Assembly: GCF_003918875.1 (NCBI RefSeq)
Contig: NW_025767176.1
Coordinates: 310,001-374,000, forward strand
From: Haliotis rubra
Taxonomy: Eukaryota
Length of the DNA: 64,000 nt
Direction of reading: 5' to 3'
This document shows, in pieces, positions 14,110 through 26,917 of this stretch. Both the position numbers and the translations under genes were made by a program. Under the pieces are notes generated by a model. It was given only the letters and a program-made list of their open reading frames with translations. It was not told where the DNA came from and made no database searches. The number at the start of each line of letters is the position of its first letter. Position 1 is the first letter of the stretch.

Positions 14110-15230
14110 TCCACTGAGGTGGACCAAGGTGACTCGGCGGTTTAAAGAGCCACAGCTAATATAACCACGAGCTTCTGATCAGGTGGAGCCAGGAAGGTGA
14201 CAGTTTAAAGAGCAACATCTTGTGGAACCACGAACTTCTGATCAGGTGGAGCTAGGAAGGTGACAGTTTAAAGAGCCATAGCTTGTGGAACCACGAACTT
14301 CTGATCAGGTGGAGCTAGGAACCTAGCAGTTTAAAGAAACACATCTCATAAAGTCAAGAACTGCTGTTACTTTAAACCTGTGTGATTGGCAGTTTAAACA
14401 AGAGCAACTCACATATGCAGGATTCGCTGATACGGTACACAGGGGTGACAGCTCATATAAACAGCAGCTGCTGATTAGGTGCACCCGGGTGACCGGCAGT
14501 TAAAAGAGCTATAGGTCATGTAACCAGGATCCATCGATATGGTAGGCCACGATGACTCGGCGGTTTAAACAACAGCAACTCACATAACCAGGATCCGCTG
14601 ATACGGTGGATCAAAGTGACAGGGCTGTGTGAAAAAACGTAACTCCTATGGCCATGGCTGGCTGACATCGTGAACCAGGGTGACGGTTGTGTGAAGATCT
14701 GTTATTCATATAACCAGGATCCGCTGACAGTGATCCAATGTGACTCGGTTGTGCTAGGAACAGTCAGTAAAGTAATCAGGATCCGCTGATACAGTTGGCC
14801 AAGGTCACTTGGTTGTATGAAGAACCGTCAACCGGTTCGGGTGCGGTGAGGACCAATGCTGGTTCAGTGGACCAAGAGGTTTGGGTGTATGAGGAACAGT
14901 CTCTTAATGAGCCAGGATCCGCTGATTCTGTGGACGAGGACCCGTCTCTTAAGTCCGCTGTTCGGTGTGGTTCGGGTGTATTGGGAACCGTCACCGAAGG
15001 ACCCGCTGTCGTTCGGTGGTTCGGGAGTATGAGGAACCGTCTCTTAAGGAGCCAGGATCCGCTGATTCAGTGGACCAATGTGGTTCGGGTGTATGAGGAA
15101 CCGTCCCTTAATGAGCCAGGATCCGCTGATTCAATGGACCAAGGTGGCTCGGTTGTTTAGGGAACATCAGTCAAGTAACCGAAAGCCGCTGATCAGGTGA
15201 ACATACGTGACTCGTCTGAGTGAAACCATG
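14110..15230. repeat. Diverged ~59-60-bp tandem minisatellite
   Basis: Recurrent CCAGGATCCGCTGAT / CCACGAACTTCTGATCAGGTGG cores. Confidence 0.8.
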
Positions 15231-15280
15231 ACTCTTATCTCCCAGTATCACCTAATGAAAAGCCAAAGTATCCGTTACAA

Positions 15281-15499
15281 ACCCGTGAAGGTCCGGGTTA
15301 GAATGAACCCCCAGTAACCCATGCTTGTCGTCAGAGGCGACTAACGGGATCGGGTGGTCAAGCTCGCTGACTTGGTTGACACATGTCATCGGTTCCCAAT
15401 TGTGCAGATCGATGCTCATGCTGTTGATCACCGGATTGCCTGGTCCAGACTCGATTGTTTACATACATATAGCAGCGTAAACTAAACTCACTCACTCAC
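15281..15499 (+). mobile_element. SINE-like family B
   Basis: Family B sequence flanked by a CGTTACAA direct repeat. Confidence 0.88.
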
Positions 15500-15983
15500 G
15501 TTACAACAGTTCTTTACCTAAGTGACATGAAAGCGAAATACGATGACAGAAGCATATAATCTTGTATCACGGTACAGCGGTATCAGCTTCTTCATTTTTT
15601 CACACGACTCCAAAAAATAATCTTTTACCAATCTCCAAAAACATACATGCACATGCCCTTATTCTAAATACAATATGAACTTCGTCGGAATGCAATGATA
15701 AATCTTAATTCTGTAACAAGATCCCGGCGCGTGCTAAACATGAAACGGGATACCTGATATTCAATTTTCAGCTTCATGAACCAATAACTAAGTAAGCATC
15801 ATTTTACAAAGTATGATAACATTTCAAAGAAGATTTAAATACACGCTGCCCACTTACGTTCACTTCTTTCTCATGATAACGTCTAATCTCGTATCCGCAG
15901 ATCATTTGCGCTGATTCGGAGAGGCTATAGAGTATAACTGATAGTAATCGGATTGTTTCACTCTTTCAGGCAGTGCTGAAGAA

Positions 15984-16201
15984 ATGAAGATCATACTAGC
16001 CCTCACGATCGCCACGGTTATCTCCCTTGTTGATTCGAACGAGGAGTTGGGAACAGATGCTGATAGAGACAAGAGAAGTTCCACATTAGACCGAATGCCT
16101 TTACACTATGGAAAGAGAATACCCTCCAGATCGCTCCGGTCCGTCTTAGACAGAATGTCAGTTGGATATGGGAAGAGGGATTCAAATGAAGGATATGAAA
16201 G
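15984..16201 (+). CDS. Gene 1 first coding exon (signal peptide plus two amidated peptides)
   Basis: Acceptor ctctttcag| at 15969, ATG at 15984, donor GAAAG|gtgaga at 16202 (phase 2). Confidence 0.92.
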
Positions 16202-19200
16202 GTGAGATACATTCCCATTTATTCTCATACGAAGTAGGGGCGGTGGGGTAGCCTAATGGTTAAAGCGTTGGCTCGTCACGCTGAAGACCCGGGTTCGAAT
16301 CCCCACATGGGTACAATGTGTGAAGCTCATTTCTGGTGTCCCCCGCCGTGATGTTGCTGGAATATTGCTAAAAGCGGCGTACAACCAAACTCAGTCAGTC
16401 AGTCATACGAAGTATTCAATTAAAAACGAAATGTGTTGTAAAGTTGAGGGTGTAGATGGAAGTGTTAAAACAAAATTGAAGTTTGAACTATATTTGATGC
16501 AATGTTGCACCGACATGCACATATTATTGTATTCTGAATTGTATTCAACAATTGTATTCAAATCAGTTGAAGATTCTTGATTCGATTTTGCTATTGAGTA
16601 TCTCATTGTCGGTGCACTGTCATTAAAATAATTGCCAGGGAATGAATATTTTGAATGAATCAAATTAATCACGTTCTATTTGAAGGGTACTAACGACGGT
16701 TGAGGAATTGGCAGCTATGATTTCTTCACAACCAGAGTTGGCACAGAAGTTTGTTCGCAGCTTCATTGATACAAATGGTAAGCTGCGATATTTACTATTC
16801 TCTCTGCCCTGCAGTTAACGATTCCCAGTGCAATGAAGAACGACTTAACGCCCCATTTGCTCTCATAACCTTCTCCTCGCTGCAGTCAATAATTCCCACC
16901 AGAGAAGACCCTAACCAATGCCCTATTGTTCCCTAAACCATTCCATCGATGTACCAAACGGTTGCTGGTGTATTAAGGTCCAATTTGCTCTCATAACCTT
17001 CTCCGCGCTGCAGTCAATAATTCCCACCAGAGAAGACCCTTTCTAATGTCACATTGTTCCCCGAATCTTTCCATGGTTGTAACAAACAGTTTCTAGTGTA
17101 TTAAGAAGCTAGTTAACGTCCAATTTGCTCTCATAATCTTCTCCGTGATGCAGTCAATAATTCCCACCAGAGAAGACCCTAACTAATGTCCTATTGTTCC
17201 CTAAGCCTTTCCATCGATGTAACAAACGGTTGCTGGCGTATTAAGAAGCTAGTTAACGTCCAATTTGCTCTCATAACCTTCTCCTCGCTGCAGTCAATAA
17301 TTCCCACCAGAAAAGACCCTAACTAATGCCCTATTGTTCCCTAAGCCTTTCCATCGATGTAACAAACGGTTGCTGGCGTATTAAGAAGCTAGTTAACGTC
17401 CAATTTGCTCTCATAACCTTCTCCGCGATGCAGTCAATAATTCCCACCAGAGAAGACCCTAACTAATGCCCTATTGTTCCCTAAGCCTTTCCATCGATGT
17501 AACAAACGGTTGCTGGCGTATTAAGAAGCTAGTTAACGTCCAATTTGCTCTCATAACCTTCTACTCGCTGTAGTCAATAATTCCCACCAGAGAAGACCCT
17601 AACTAATGTCCTATTGTTCCCTAAGCCTTTCCATCGATGTAACAAACGGTTGCTGGCGTATTAAGAAGCTAGTTAACGTCCAATTTGCTCTCATAACCTT
17701 CTCCTCGCTGCAGTCAATAATTCCCACCAGAGAAGACCCTAACTAATGCCCTATTGTTCCCTCTTTCCATAAGCCTTTCCATTGCTGATGTAACTCTCAT
17801 AACGGTTCCGCGCTGCAGTCAATATTACCAGAGAAGACCCTTTCTAATTAACGTTCCCCGAATCTTTCCATGGTTGAAACAAACAGTTTCTAGTGTATTA
17901 AGAAGCTAGTTAACGTCCAATTTGCTCTCATAACCTTCTCCGCGATGCAGTCAATAATTCCCACCAGAGAAGACCCTAACTAATGCCCTATTGTTCCCTA
18001 AGCCTTTCCATCGATGTAACAAACGGTTGCTGGCGTACTAAGAAGCTAGTTAACGTCCAATTTGCTCTCATAACCTTCTCCGCGCTGCAGTCAATAATTC
18101 CCACCAGAGAAGACCCTAACTAATGCCCTATTGTTCCCTAAGCCTTTCCATCGATGTACCAAACGGTTGCTGGTGTATTAAGGTCAAGTTTGCACCATAG
18201 AAGACCCTTACTAATGCCCTATTGTTCCCTAAGCCTTTCCATCGATGTAACAAACTGTTGCTGGTGTATTAAGAAGCTAGTTAACGTCCAATTTGCTCTC
18301 ATAACCTTCTCCTCGCTGCAGTCAATAATTCCCACCAGAGAAGACCCTAACTAATGCCCTATTGTTCCCTAAGCCTTTCCATCGATGTAACAAACTGTTG
18401 CTGGTGTATTAAGAAGCTAGTTAACGTCCAATTTGCTCTCATAACCTTCTCCGCGATGTAGTCAATAATTCCCACCATAGAAGACCCTTACGAATGTCAC
18501 ATTGTTCCCTGAATCTTTCCATGGTTGAAACAAACAGTTTCTAGTGTATTAAGACACCAGTTAACGTCCCATTTGCTCTGATAACCTTCTCCGCGATGCA
18601 GTCAATAATTCCTACCAGAGAAGACCCTTACTAATGTCACACTGTTCCCTGAACCTTGGGTGTAACAAAATGGTTCCTCTTGTCTCAACAAACTTGTAAC
18701 GTCCCGGAACCTGTTCCCTCAACCTACCCTACGTTTCAGCCAACGGTTCCTGCTACATAACAAACGAGCTTAAGTGCAACAACGTCCTACGTTCAGTAAA
18801 TGCGATGACCTGTCAGGCGTTTACTGGTCTATTGATTGTCAGCTTTGTTTACTGGCCGTCGTCGCAGGGCAGTACTGCCGTGCTGCGTCAGGCAACGAAC
18901 CAACACCTGCGTTTTTAATCCAAATTGCGTGATTGGCGGGTACAACCGGTTGGGTAGGACATGCTTACCTTTTGTAATCGCTGATTTTCAGTTTCCAATT
19001 CATACGCTTCCCCTCAAGTTTACCTTTTAGCTCACCCGAATCTAGTATAATCTAGACTGATTATTGTTTGGCGTTGACGTTTATATTTCTCTTTTGCCTT
19101 GTAATTTGACCAGAGACTTTCGTTAAAGGTTTTCTCTAAAATGATGGGATTTTATAAGCCTTGGTTAATCTATGAAAAACACCGGATACATAGAATGCAA

Positions 19201-22200
19201 TAACAAAAAGGAGGGCAAGGATTAAATACACCTTTAAACAGGTCTACAGTTTGATATTTACGTTGTGTAACAGTAACTTTTATAAGAAACTGAAGAATAA
19301 AGCCAGTTCTGAAACAAAACCAGTTTCGTTTCTTACATATACGAACAGAAAAATCTCCATGTTCGCTATTACCCTCCGTCTATTTTTTTAAATGATAAAA
19401 ACCTTAGGCTCTTGATACGTGGTCACGTTGATCAAATATTCCACGCGGAACGAACGCCAATAAACGAATTATGGACCTCGTAGATTATTTTATTGCCAAG
19501 AAATACACGAAGGAGACAGAACAGGCCGTCAATAATTGTTTGACGTTCAGGTTTTGATTCACCACAATAATCAATTTTCTCCCTACAACTTGATAACAGC
19601 GTTACGGGGGCTCTATCGAAAGCATCAATACCAAGGACAGGTAGTTTCAGTTATGTTCTCTGCTTTTTTTAGAAAGTGCATTAAACTATTTAACGGCTGG
19701 CCCAGAGAAAGGTCAAGTGAAACGCTAACAAAAGACTTTTATCCGAAGGAAAAGCCTTTTAATTTTCAATTCAAAACAAACACCAAGTTTCAGAATTTAA
19801 AGTCTGGGAACTCGAGTTTGGTACTAACTTATTTTAAACAATGTTAGGCATGTAGCTTTTCTCACTGTGCTTCATGTAATATGATCTGTGAGTCCGGTAG
19901 CATGTACGGCTACACTTACGTAGAAAACATAATGGATTCTACGACCCTGTTACTGTAAGTTGGACAGATGGGAGTGCTGAACCTTGAATTCGGAGTGCTT
20001 CTTGTGTTAAGCTATATTCAGTTCTCGTATTTCTTGTTAGAAAACGTGTCTATCTGCTTTGTGTTGATGTACTTGTATTGTTGAAGTTACAACACATGGC
20101 TGTCTCTGAAGTTCAGATTTTAAAGTTCAATTTATTGTCGATCCTAAGTACAAACATGTAACATTGAAGCAAACGAATATTGTATTACAACACTTACGTG
20201 GAAAACAATGAATTCTACGACCCTGTTACCGTAGCTTGGTCGAATGGGAACTTTTGTTAAATTAGTTCTCGTATCTCTTGTTAGAAACGTTTCTACCTGT
20301 TTTTTGTTGATGTACTTGTAATGTTGAAGTTAGAACACATTGCTCAGATTTCATTTCAGATTGCTCAAGTTAATTTTATTGTCGATCATAAACACAAACA
20401 TGTAATATTGAAGCAAACGAACATCGTATTGCTACACTTACATAGGCAACATAATGGATTCTACGACCCTGTTACTGAAGCTTGGTCAAATGGGGACGTT
20501 TAATTCTGAGTCCTTCTTGTGTTAAATTAGTTCTCGTATTTCTTGTCAGACAACGTGTCTACCTGGTTTTCATTGATGAACTTGTGTTGGTGAACACTTG
20601 GCTGCCTCTTAAGCTCACATTTCAAATCTCAATTTTTGTCGATCATCAACACATAATATTGAAGCAAACGAACATCGTATTACTAAACTTACGTAGGCAA
20701 CATGATGGATTCTACGACCCTGTTACTGAAGCTTGGTCAAATGGGAACGTTTAATTCTGAGTGCTTCTTGTGTTAAATCAGTTTTCAGAAAACGTGTCTA
20801 CGTTGATTTACTTGTACTGTTAAACTAAGAACACTGGTCTGCCTCTGAAGCTCAGATCTGAAAGTTCAATTCATGGTCGATCGTAAGCACATTATATTGA
20901 AACAAACGAACGTCCTCTGTCCTTACTATTGGGCCAATACTGTCAAATGTATTTGGCAATGGTAGAACGTACACATGAGGAGTAATGATGGGCTAGTGTG
21001 AAAAGTCCAGGACAATTTGCCACCACTGAAGACACAAAGGCCACCTACTGGTTTCTGAAAAAGTAATCTGTGACTTCATCATAGACAACAACAATGTGAA
21101 ACTTGAGGGAAGGGAAGTTTAGCCAGAAGTTGGCATATCCATGGGAACAATCGGCAGTTTCATCTTTTAGGATACATCGTTATTTTGACCAGGGACAATA
21201 TCAGAATTATAACAGTTATGTCAGTAATAAATCTGAGAATACTAATTGCCTGACAGACCATATGTCATGACACAGTATTATTATGTTAATTATTTTATAA
21301 TCACCAATATCCAGTATTACTTCAATACTGAAGGTGGGGTGGTGGAACAACCTTGTGCTTAAACCGTTCCCTCGTCACGCTGACGGCCAAGGTTCGATTC
21401 CCCACATGGGTACAATGTGTGAAACCCATTTCTGGTGTCCCAAGCCGTGATATGGCTGGAATATTGCTAAAAGCGACACAAAACGTAACTCACTCACTCA
21501 ATACTGAGAGTACAAGAAGTCCAATCATGACTTTAATGAAGCTCACGGACCTCTGTGTGTAAAAGAATAAAAAAAGATCCACGCATGTTCAATAAGATTA
21601 AATAGGAAACATACATTGCGTACTAAATTAAAAATGTCATGTTACAGTTGATAACGCGGATGAAAACTTGATGATTATATATGATTTTCATTAAAAATAG
21701 TCCTAACCCTACCGATTCACCCCTGCCTGGCAGTTACATCAGCCACTCCATCTGTAATATGTCAGGAGCTGCTGGTTGTGGACTCACATCCCAGTTTCAG
21801 TCCGATTATGACCCTTGGTCTGTCAGCAGTATGTACATTCTCGAATAATTCCACACTCTTTAAACTTTTTGTCACTTGAAACTTACGAGTTGTGATGTCG
21901 TTGAAATACATATATGTCATAATATAGTTTCTTTTGCCTATCATATATCATGATATAAATATATAATATGTATATCTTTGAATTTCAAAAGGCAATAAAA
22001 ATAAAAATGTTAGCGATATTATATATAACACAAACTGCAATGGCGACTAATCAGCACGAAACTTTGAAATTATTTTTCTTGCAACAGAATTTGACTTTAT
22101 AATTTGAGAAAATAATATGCAGCTTATCTTTCACATTTCATCTTTGAAAATCAACATTTTGAAACATAGTAGGAGTCATGTGATTGCCAATTCATTTCTT

Positions 22201-22845
22201 ACCCCAGTTTTCATTGAACAAAATTTGCACACAGAGATAGACAGCCTCAGATTCCGTATTTGGAATTGATTAAGGGATGGGCGATGGACATAATTAAGGG
22301 GTGGGCAATGAACATAAACAAATTGGAAATGCTTTTTTTTCACATGGCAATTAGCCCCCTTCCCCCTAAAATACTAAATGTCGTCATACATTAGTTATTC
22401 CCTGAAATGACAGTGGCAATCTTTATTCTTCATTGTATTGAAGGCTAATACTCGTATCACGAACTCTTTCTTACTATTTCAATGTTTGAGTAAATACTAT
22501 TAGTGATTGACATCATCATAAATAAACGTTTTTATATAGATCTTTGGAATTATAGAGACATATACCAAGTGATGGGGCGTTGAATGCGTGAGTGGCTATG
22601 GTTTCGCCGCATTTGACAATATTCCAGTAATATCACGACGGGGTTCATAAAAGTGGGCTTCACACATTGTACCCATGTTGGGGATCGATGCCGGGTCTTT
22701 GGCGGGACGAGCGAACGCTTTATCCACCAGGCTACCCCATTGCAAGGATGTTGTCTTGGTCTTTGTGGTTTAACTGTTGTGGTCTTTGTTTTCAGGTGAT
22801 GGACTTGTCAGTGCGAGTGAGATCAGCGGGGATGAACCAATGTGA
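15984..22845 (+). CDS. Allatotropin-like neuropeptide precursor, gene 1 (spliced CDS: join 15984..16201,16686..16777,22796..22845; 119 aa)
   Basis: Spliced translation: MKIILALTIATVISLVDSNEELGTDADRDKR-SSTLDRMPLHY-GKR-IPSRSLRSVLDRMSVGY-GKR-DSNEGYERVLTTVEELAAMISSQPELAQKFVRSFIDTNGDGLVSASEISGDEPM*. It has a hydrophobic signal peptide, KR/GKR processing sites and GT-AG introns in phases 2 and 1 that join in frame. The C-terminal 'VEEL..P.LA..FV..FIDxNGDG.VS..E' domain is typical of protostome allatotropin precursors. Confidence 0.9.
16237..16402 (+). mobile_element. tRNA-derived SINE family A (gene 1 intron)
   Basis: A/B boxes; 12-bp TSD TCATACGAAGTA (16225-16236, 16403-16414). Confidence 0.95.
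16686..16777 (+). CDS. Gene 1 second coding exon (92 nt; RVLTTVEELAAMISSQPELAQKFVRSFIDTNG)
   Basis: Acceptor ttctatttgaag|, donor AATG|gtaagc. Same length and phases as the middle exon of gene 2. Confidence 0.9.
16812..18700. repeat. 140-bp tandem repeat, ~13 copies (gene 1 intron)
   Basis: TTCCCACCAG recurs at 17161, 17301, 17441, 17581 and 17721. Confidence 0.95.
19905..20912. repeat. Diverged ~250-280-bp tandem repeat, 4 copies
   Basis: ATTCTACGACCCTGTTAC recurs at ~19936, 20212, 20458 and 20710. Confidence 0.85.
21333..21500 (+). mobile_element. SINE family A, diverged
   Basis: B box plus CACATGGGTACAATGTGTGAA core and tail. Confidence 0.85.
22587..22738 (-). mobile_element. SINE family A, diverged
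   Basis: Reverse-complement match to family A, just upstream of the gene 1 last-exon acceptor. Confidence 0.8.
22796..22845 (+). CDS. Gene 1 last coding exon (GDGLVSASEISGDEPM*)
   Basis: Strong acceptor ggtctttgttttcag|. The phase-1 join completes the EF-hand loop. TGA at 22843-22845. Confidence 0.88.
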
Positions 22846-23178
22846 ATGCTATATCACGGGGCCATGGTTCCATCCATCAACAACGTCCCGCTCTCTGCGA
22901 GTAAATGCAAGCTTATCCTCGGGCAAAATCTCTCCGCATGCACACCACGTTTAAACAATTCTCCTGATACTTCATTAAATGATAAGAGACTCGGAACAGA
23001 TTGATTTCTCCCCATACAACATTTCGAATATCAGTTGTGTCTCAAAGATAGTTTGTTAAACGTTAATGTAGTTACCCATGGCAACAGCGAAACCATCGCC
23101 GATCTACCGGGACTTTGAAAAATCAACGTGGCTGAAATGTAAATAACAAATGCCGCATTTATTCAGTCGCCCACAAGA

Positions 23179-23184
23179 AATAAA
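23179..23184 (+). terminator. Candidate polyadenylation signal (AATAAA) of gene 1
   Basis: AATAAA ~335 nt after the stop, followed by T-rich sequence. Confidence 0.5.
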
Positions 23185-23480
23185 CATCTTTTTCTATGTG
23201 AAACTGTTATTTTTCTTTCATGAAACAATGAGTGCGTGAGTGCGTACATACGTGAGTGAGTGAGTAAGTGAGTGGGTGGATGAGAAAAGAATATATAGGC
23301 ATTTTACAGCCTCCTCACTTTACAATTACATATATTGTAATGAATGAGTTAAAATTTAACGTCACCTCGGCAATATTTCAGCCATATGGTGACGAGAAAT
23401 GTTTGAAATACACAATGAATTTTAATTGTTGATGGTGTCTGACACTGACTCCATCTATTGTTGGGAATGTTACTTCGAGT

Positions 23481-23606
23481 TAGTGAGTGAATTTAGTTTT
23501 ACGTTGCTTTGAGCAATATTTCAGCAATATCACGGCGGGGGACACCATATATAATATAATCGACGCTTGGTCTTCGGCGTGACGAGCGAACGCCTTAACC
23601 ACTAGA
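23481..23606 (-). mobile_element. SINE family A, internally deleted
   Basis: Tail and head present, core missing. The head is locally duplicated at ~23650. Confidence 0.7.
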
Positions 23607-25251
23607 CCCCTTTTAACTTAGATACCCTTATTTTCGAACCTTGGTCTCAGAGCGAACGCCTTAACCACTAGACCCCTTTAACTTAGAGACCCTACCCAAC
23701 TGTCATTATTTTATTCAGGCAGACTGCTTTGCAAAAGAAAATAATTCGGTTGAAAAACCACATTTTATGTCTGGGTACAGTGAAATTGCGATTGAGTAGT
23801 TCGCTTTAAAGTAGATTTGATTTGTATGTTTTAACGACGTCCTATTTATTCTAACTATACGACGGCGTTCTGTAAACAATGGTATGGGCCTCCATCTACG
23901 CAGCGACGTACAGATACGCATTTCACGTACGATGACATACAGTCAACCAATCACGAATTCAATTACACGTATCCTACAGATGCACTGATTAATATGAATT
24001 GCTATATCCTACCCAGAGTCCCCACTGGGCCAAACGCAGCCATGAGGAGTACTTCATGCATATTTAAACGTTTATATTCCCAAAGAGGTCGTAGACATTA
24101 TCATCAACACGGTACATGATGCACAGAAAGGGTCTTTTACTGGCTTATGCTTCAGTTCCTGGCATAGTTAAAGATAGGTAACTGAGCAATAATGTCTGTC
24201 TGAACTATTTTGGTTAAAACATACTTATAAGTATCAAAAGTTCGCCCTCATCTCTGAAAAATGATTATCACGAAAACACTTATGGTGAAATCGCCATGCT
24301 TACGAAATTTAAAAAATGGGCAAACTCTGTGATTTGATTTATTGTGTTGTGTTGGCGTTGACAGGGTCCAGACTATCGAGGTGTCGCACTATTGATAACA
24401 ACAGGATAACAACAGGAACAATTATCCAGTGGGTAATTATACTAAGATGACAGCGACCTCGTCAACGACCCATAGCCAATGACAAGGAAACAGTTGTCCA
24501 TCGCCTAAAGCGAGATAGAATTCTGTTAACGTGGGTTCGATTCCCAAAAGTGGTATCTGTCTAAGACTATTGTCCTCCATAATGAAAGCGCCAACCATTC
24601 CAATTTTGCAGATGAAATATTTTGTCTTTGTTCAAGTCAATAAAGATGTAGCGTATAAGTGATTTCTGTGGGTAACTGTTTCCTTTTCTGACCTACTGAA
24701 GCGCTTACAATACATTGAGTGAGTGAAATATAACAAAGGGGACTTCAGAAATGCCTGCCTATGGTTCTGTCAAGATATGAATATAGTGCCAGTCACTAGG
24801 TACTGTTTAATTGCCATCCAAGGGGGTGGGTGGGTGGTGGGTGGTGATTTTCCCCTTACCTTTGGATTTCATGAGTTATGTGCACGCACCCCGAGCCTCC
24901 AACCCCCAACCCCCAACCCAATCGTTGTGATGCTTCTTGTATCAAAAGGTGATTCTCTATATATCGGGCACATCACAAAACAAATTTCGTTCCTTGTATA
25001 TTTCAAGTTAACTATCATGAAAATGTGTGTATGCCTTCTTCTTATCTGTTGAGCGTGGAGTTTTAGCATCTGGTCTGTACACGACGCAATCTCATGTTAC
25101 CGTTAGCAAGAGAAGAAAGTTGAAGCAATAAACATATGCGACTTTGTTGTATGGTTATTTCTGTCAGTCAGCATCTTTTCAGAGTTTATCAGTTTTCCTT
25201 GAAAAATATCAGCGTACCTTTTATATTTGTTTGTTGTGTAACGCAATTGGA

Positions 25252-25417
25252 GTGAGTGAGTGAGTTTGGTTTTACGCCGCTTTTAGCAATATTCCAGCAA
25301 CATCACGGCGGGGGACACCAGAAATGGGCTTCACACATTGTACCCAAGTGGGGATTCGAACCCGGGTCTTCGGCGTGACGAGCCAACGCTTTACCCACTA
25401 GGCTACCCCACCGCCCC
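25252..25417 (-). mobile_element. SINE family A, full length
   Basis: A/B boxes; TSD GTAACGCAAT. Confidence 0.95.
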
Positions 25418-26034
25418 GTAACGCAATAGGATCATCACGGGTTCGGTATAACTTACATATAAATATACCAAAATGTTTGAAGCGGTTGATGTCGTATGTC
25501 GTTTCATAACGTCGGTGCCAACCAAAGTGACGTCACGGGTAGTGTAATGAAATCAGACATTAAAGTTAACTAAAATGATGACACGGATTGTGTTGCTAGT
25601 CTGTTACGACAGGTGCTGTTATATAGAGAATGCGATGATAGATTAATTAGCTTCAGGGAGAAATACTAATTATGCTTCAGCCTGATTGGCATTGTTTTGT
25701 CTGTGTACGACCGCTGCCTAGCAACATGACTTTATGAACTGCGATGTCGTTAATAATGAAACAAATGATTTTAAGGGACAATGCGCTTGCTCAGCGAGGT
25801 CCCATTTGCAATTGTAAAATTAACTTGTTCTCATACTTTCACGAGCAGTCAATAAAGGTAATGTTAGGATTAGTCTTATCGAAGATACATTTGTCTTCCC
25901 CTGTGAATATATTCAGGAGCTTTTGATAACGTTTTGATTACTATTGGTCAGATTATCCATATATCTCGGATTACACGTGAATCAATAAAGTGTGTCCAGG
26001 GTCATTGGTTCTGGTGGACAGTGAGGTGCTTGAA

Positions 26035-26275
26035 GTGAGTGGGTATAGTTTTACGCCGCACTCCAGCTATATGGCGTCGGTCTGTAAATAATCGAGTCTG
26101 GACCAGACAATCCAGTGATCAACAACATGCGCATCGATCTACGCAATTGGAATACGATGACATGTGTCAACCAAGTCAGGGAGCCTGACCACCCGATCCC
26201 GTTAGTCTCCTCTTACGACAAGGATTGGCTACTCAAGATCAACTTATATATATCCCGGATCTTCTTGGGTCACGT
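26035..26275 (-). mobile_element. SINE-like family B
   Basis: Homology to family B. Confidence 0.85.
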
Positions 26276-26412
26276 GGTTAAATCGTTGGCTCAGACCAAG
26301 GTAGTGTAAAAGGTTGGTCTTCTGATCCAAGAGGATTCCACGCCAGACGGTCACAAGAGGCTGGTCGTTAGAAACTGGATCGAGAGGTCAGGCTTGGTTT
26401 TATATCAGGATG

Positions 26413-26917
26413 TATTATTATAGGATATTTATATAGCGCACATATCCACGCACTAGTGCTTAAGGCGCTGATATTTTTTCCTTCGATCATTGGATGTCAA
26501 TCTCAACGGCACATCGTATTATCAATCTCAACTCCCTGGGGATCATACAACTCTTGCGGCAACTAGGCGCACAGAGTTATTGTGGCTTTCTCATCCTAAC
26601 GAGGTACCCATTCACAGCTGGGTGGACTGGGGCACATAGTAACAGTACTTTGTCCAAATTCACTGCACGTTGCTATAGGTGTTTGCACGTATTCATGTGG
26701 CCACCATCTGGTCATTTACTAACGGATTCGTGGGTTCTTTAAAGTGCACAGGGTTGTGTACTGTACACTAGGGGTTGTGACAACACTGAAAGAGTCTGCA
26801 CACAAAGTTGACTCCAAGGTTTTTACACCCGGTCACAGGTGGGCTCGATCTCGGCACCTCCAAGCTCCCTGGATTACTAGTCTGGCGCCTTAGTCAGCTC
26901 GCCCACCGCGCCTCCGG
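26413..26917 (-). mobile_element. tRNA-headed SINE family D with L2-like tail
   Basis: tRNA-like head GGAGGCGCGGTGGGCGAGC...GATCGAGCCC and 3' AGCGCCTT...GCGCTATATAAA + (TAA). A second copy lies at 53735-54135. Confidence 0.8.

Noticed and set aside
14776-15160. 121-aa acidic repetitive ORF and its antisense ORF
   Set aside because: They lie within a ~60-bp minisatellite, with no splice or homology support.
15984-16205. Gene 1 as a single-exon 73-aa ORF (and gene 2 as the 81-aa ORF at 35612-35857)
   Set aside because: The apparent stops lie inside splice donors (AG|gtga, AG|gtaa), and downstream exons continue in frame.
25528-25535. Full CRE palindromes (also ~31316, 42007, 45322, 45344, 46851)
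   Set aside because: Several are inside transposon fragments and none is near a candidate promoter.
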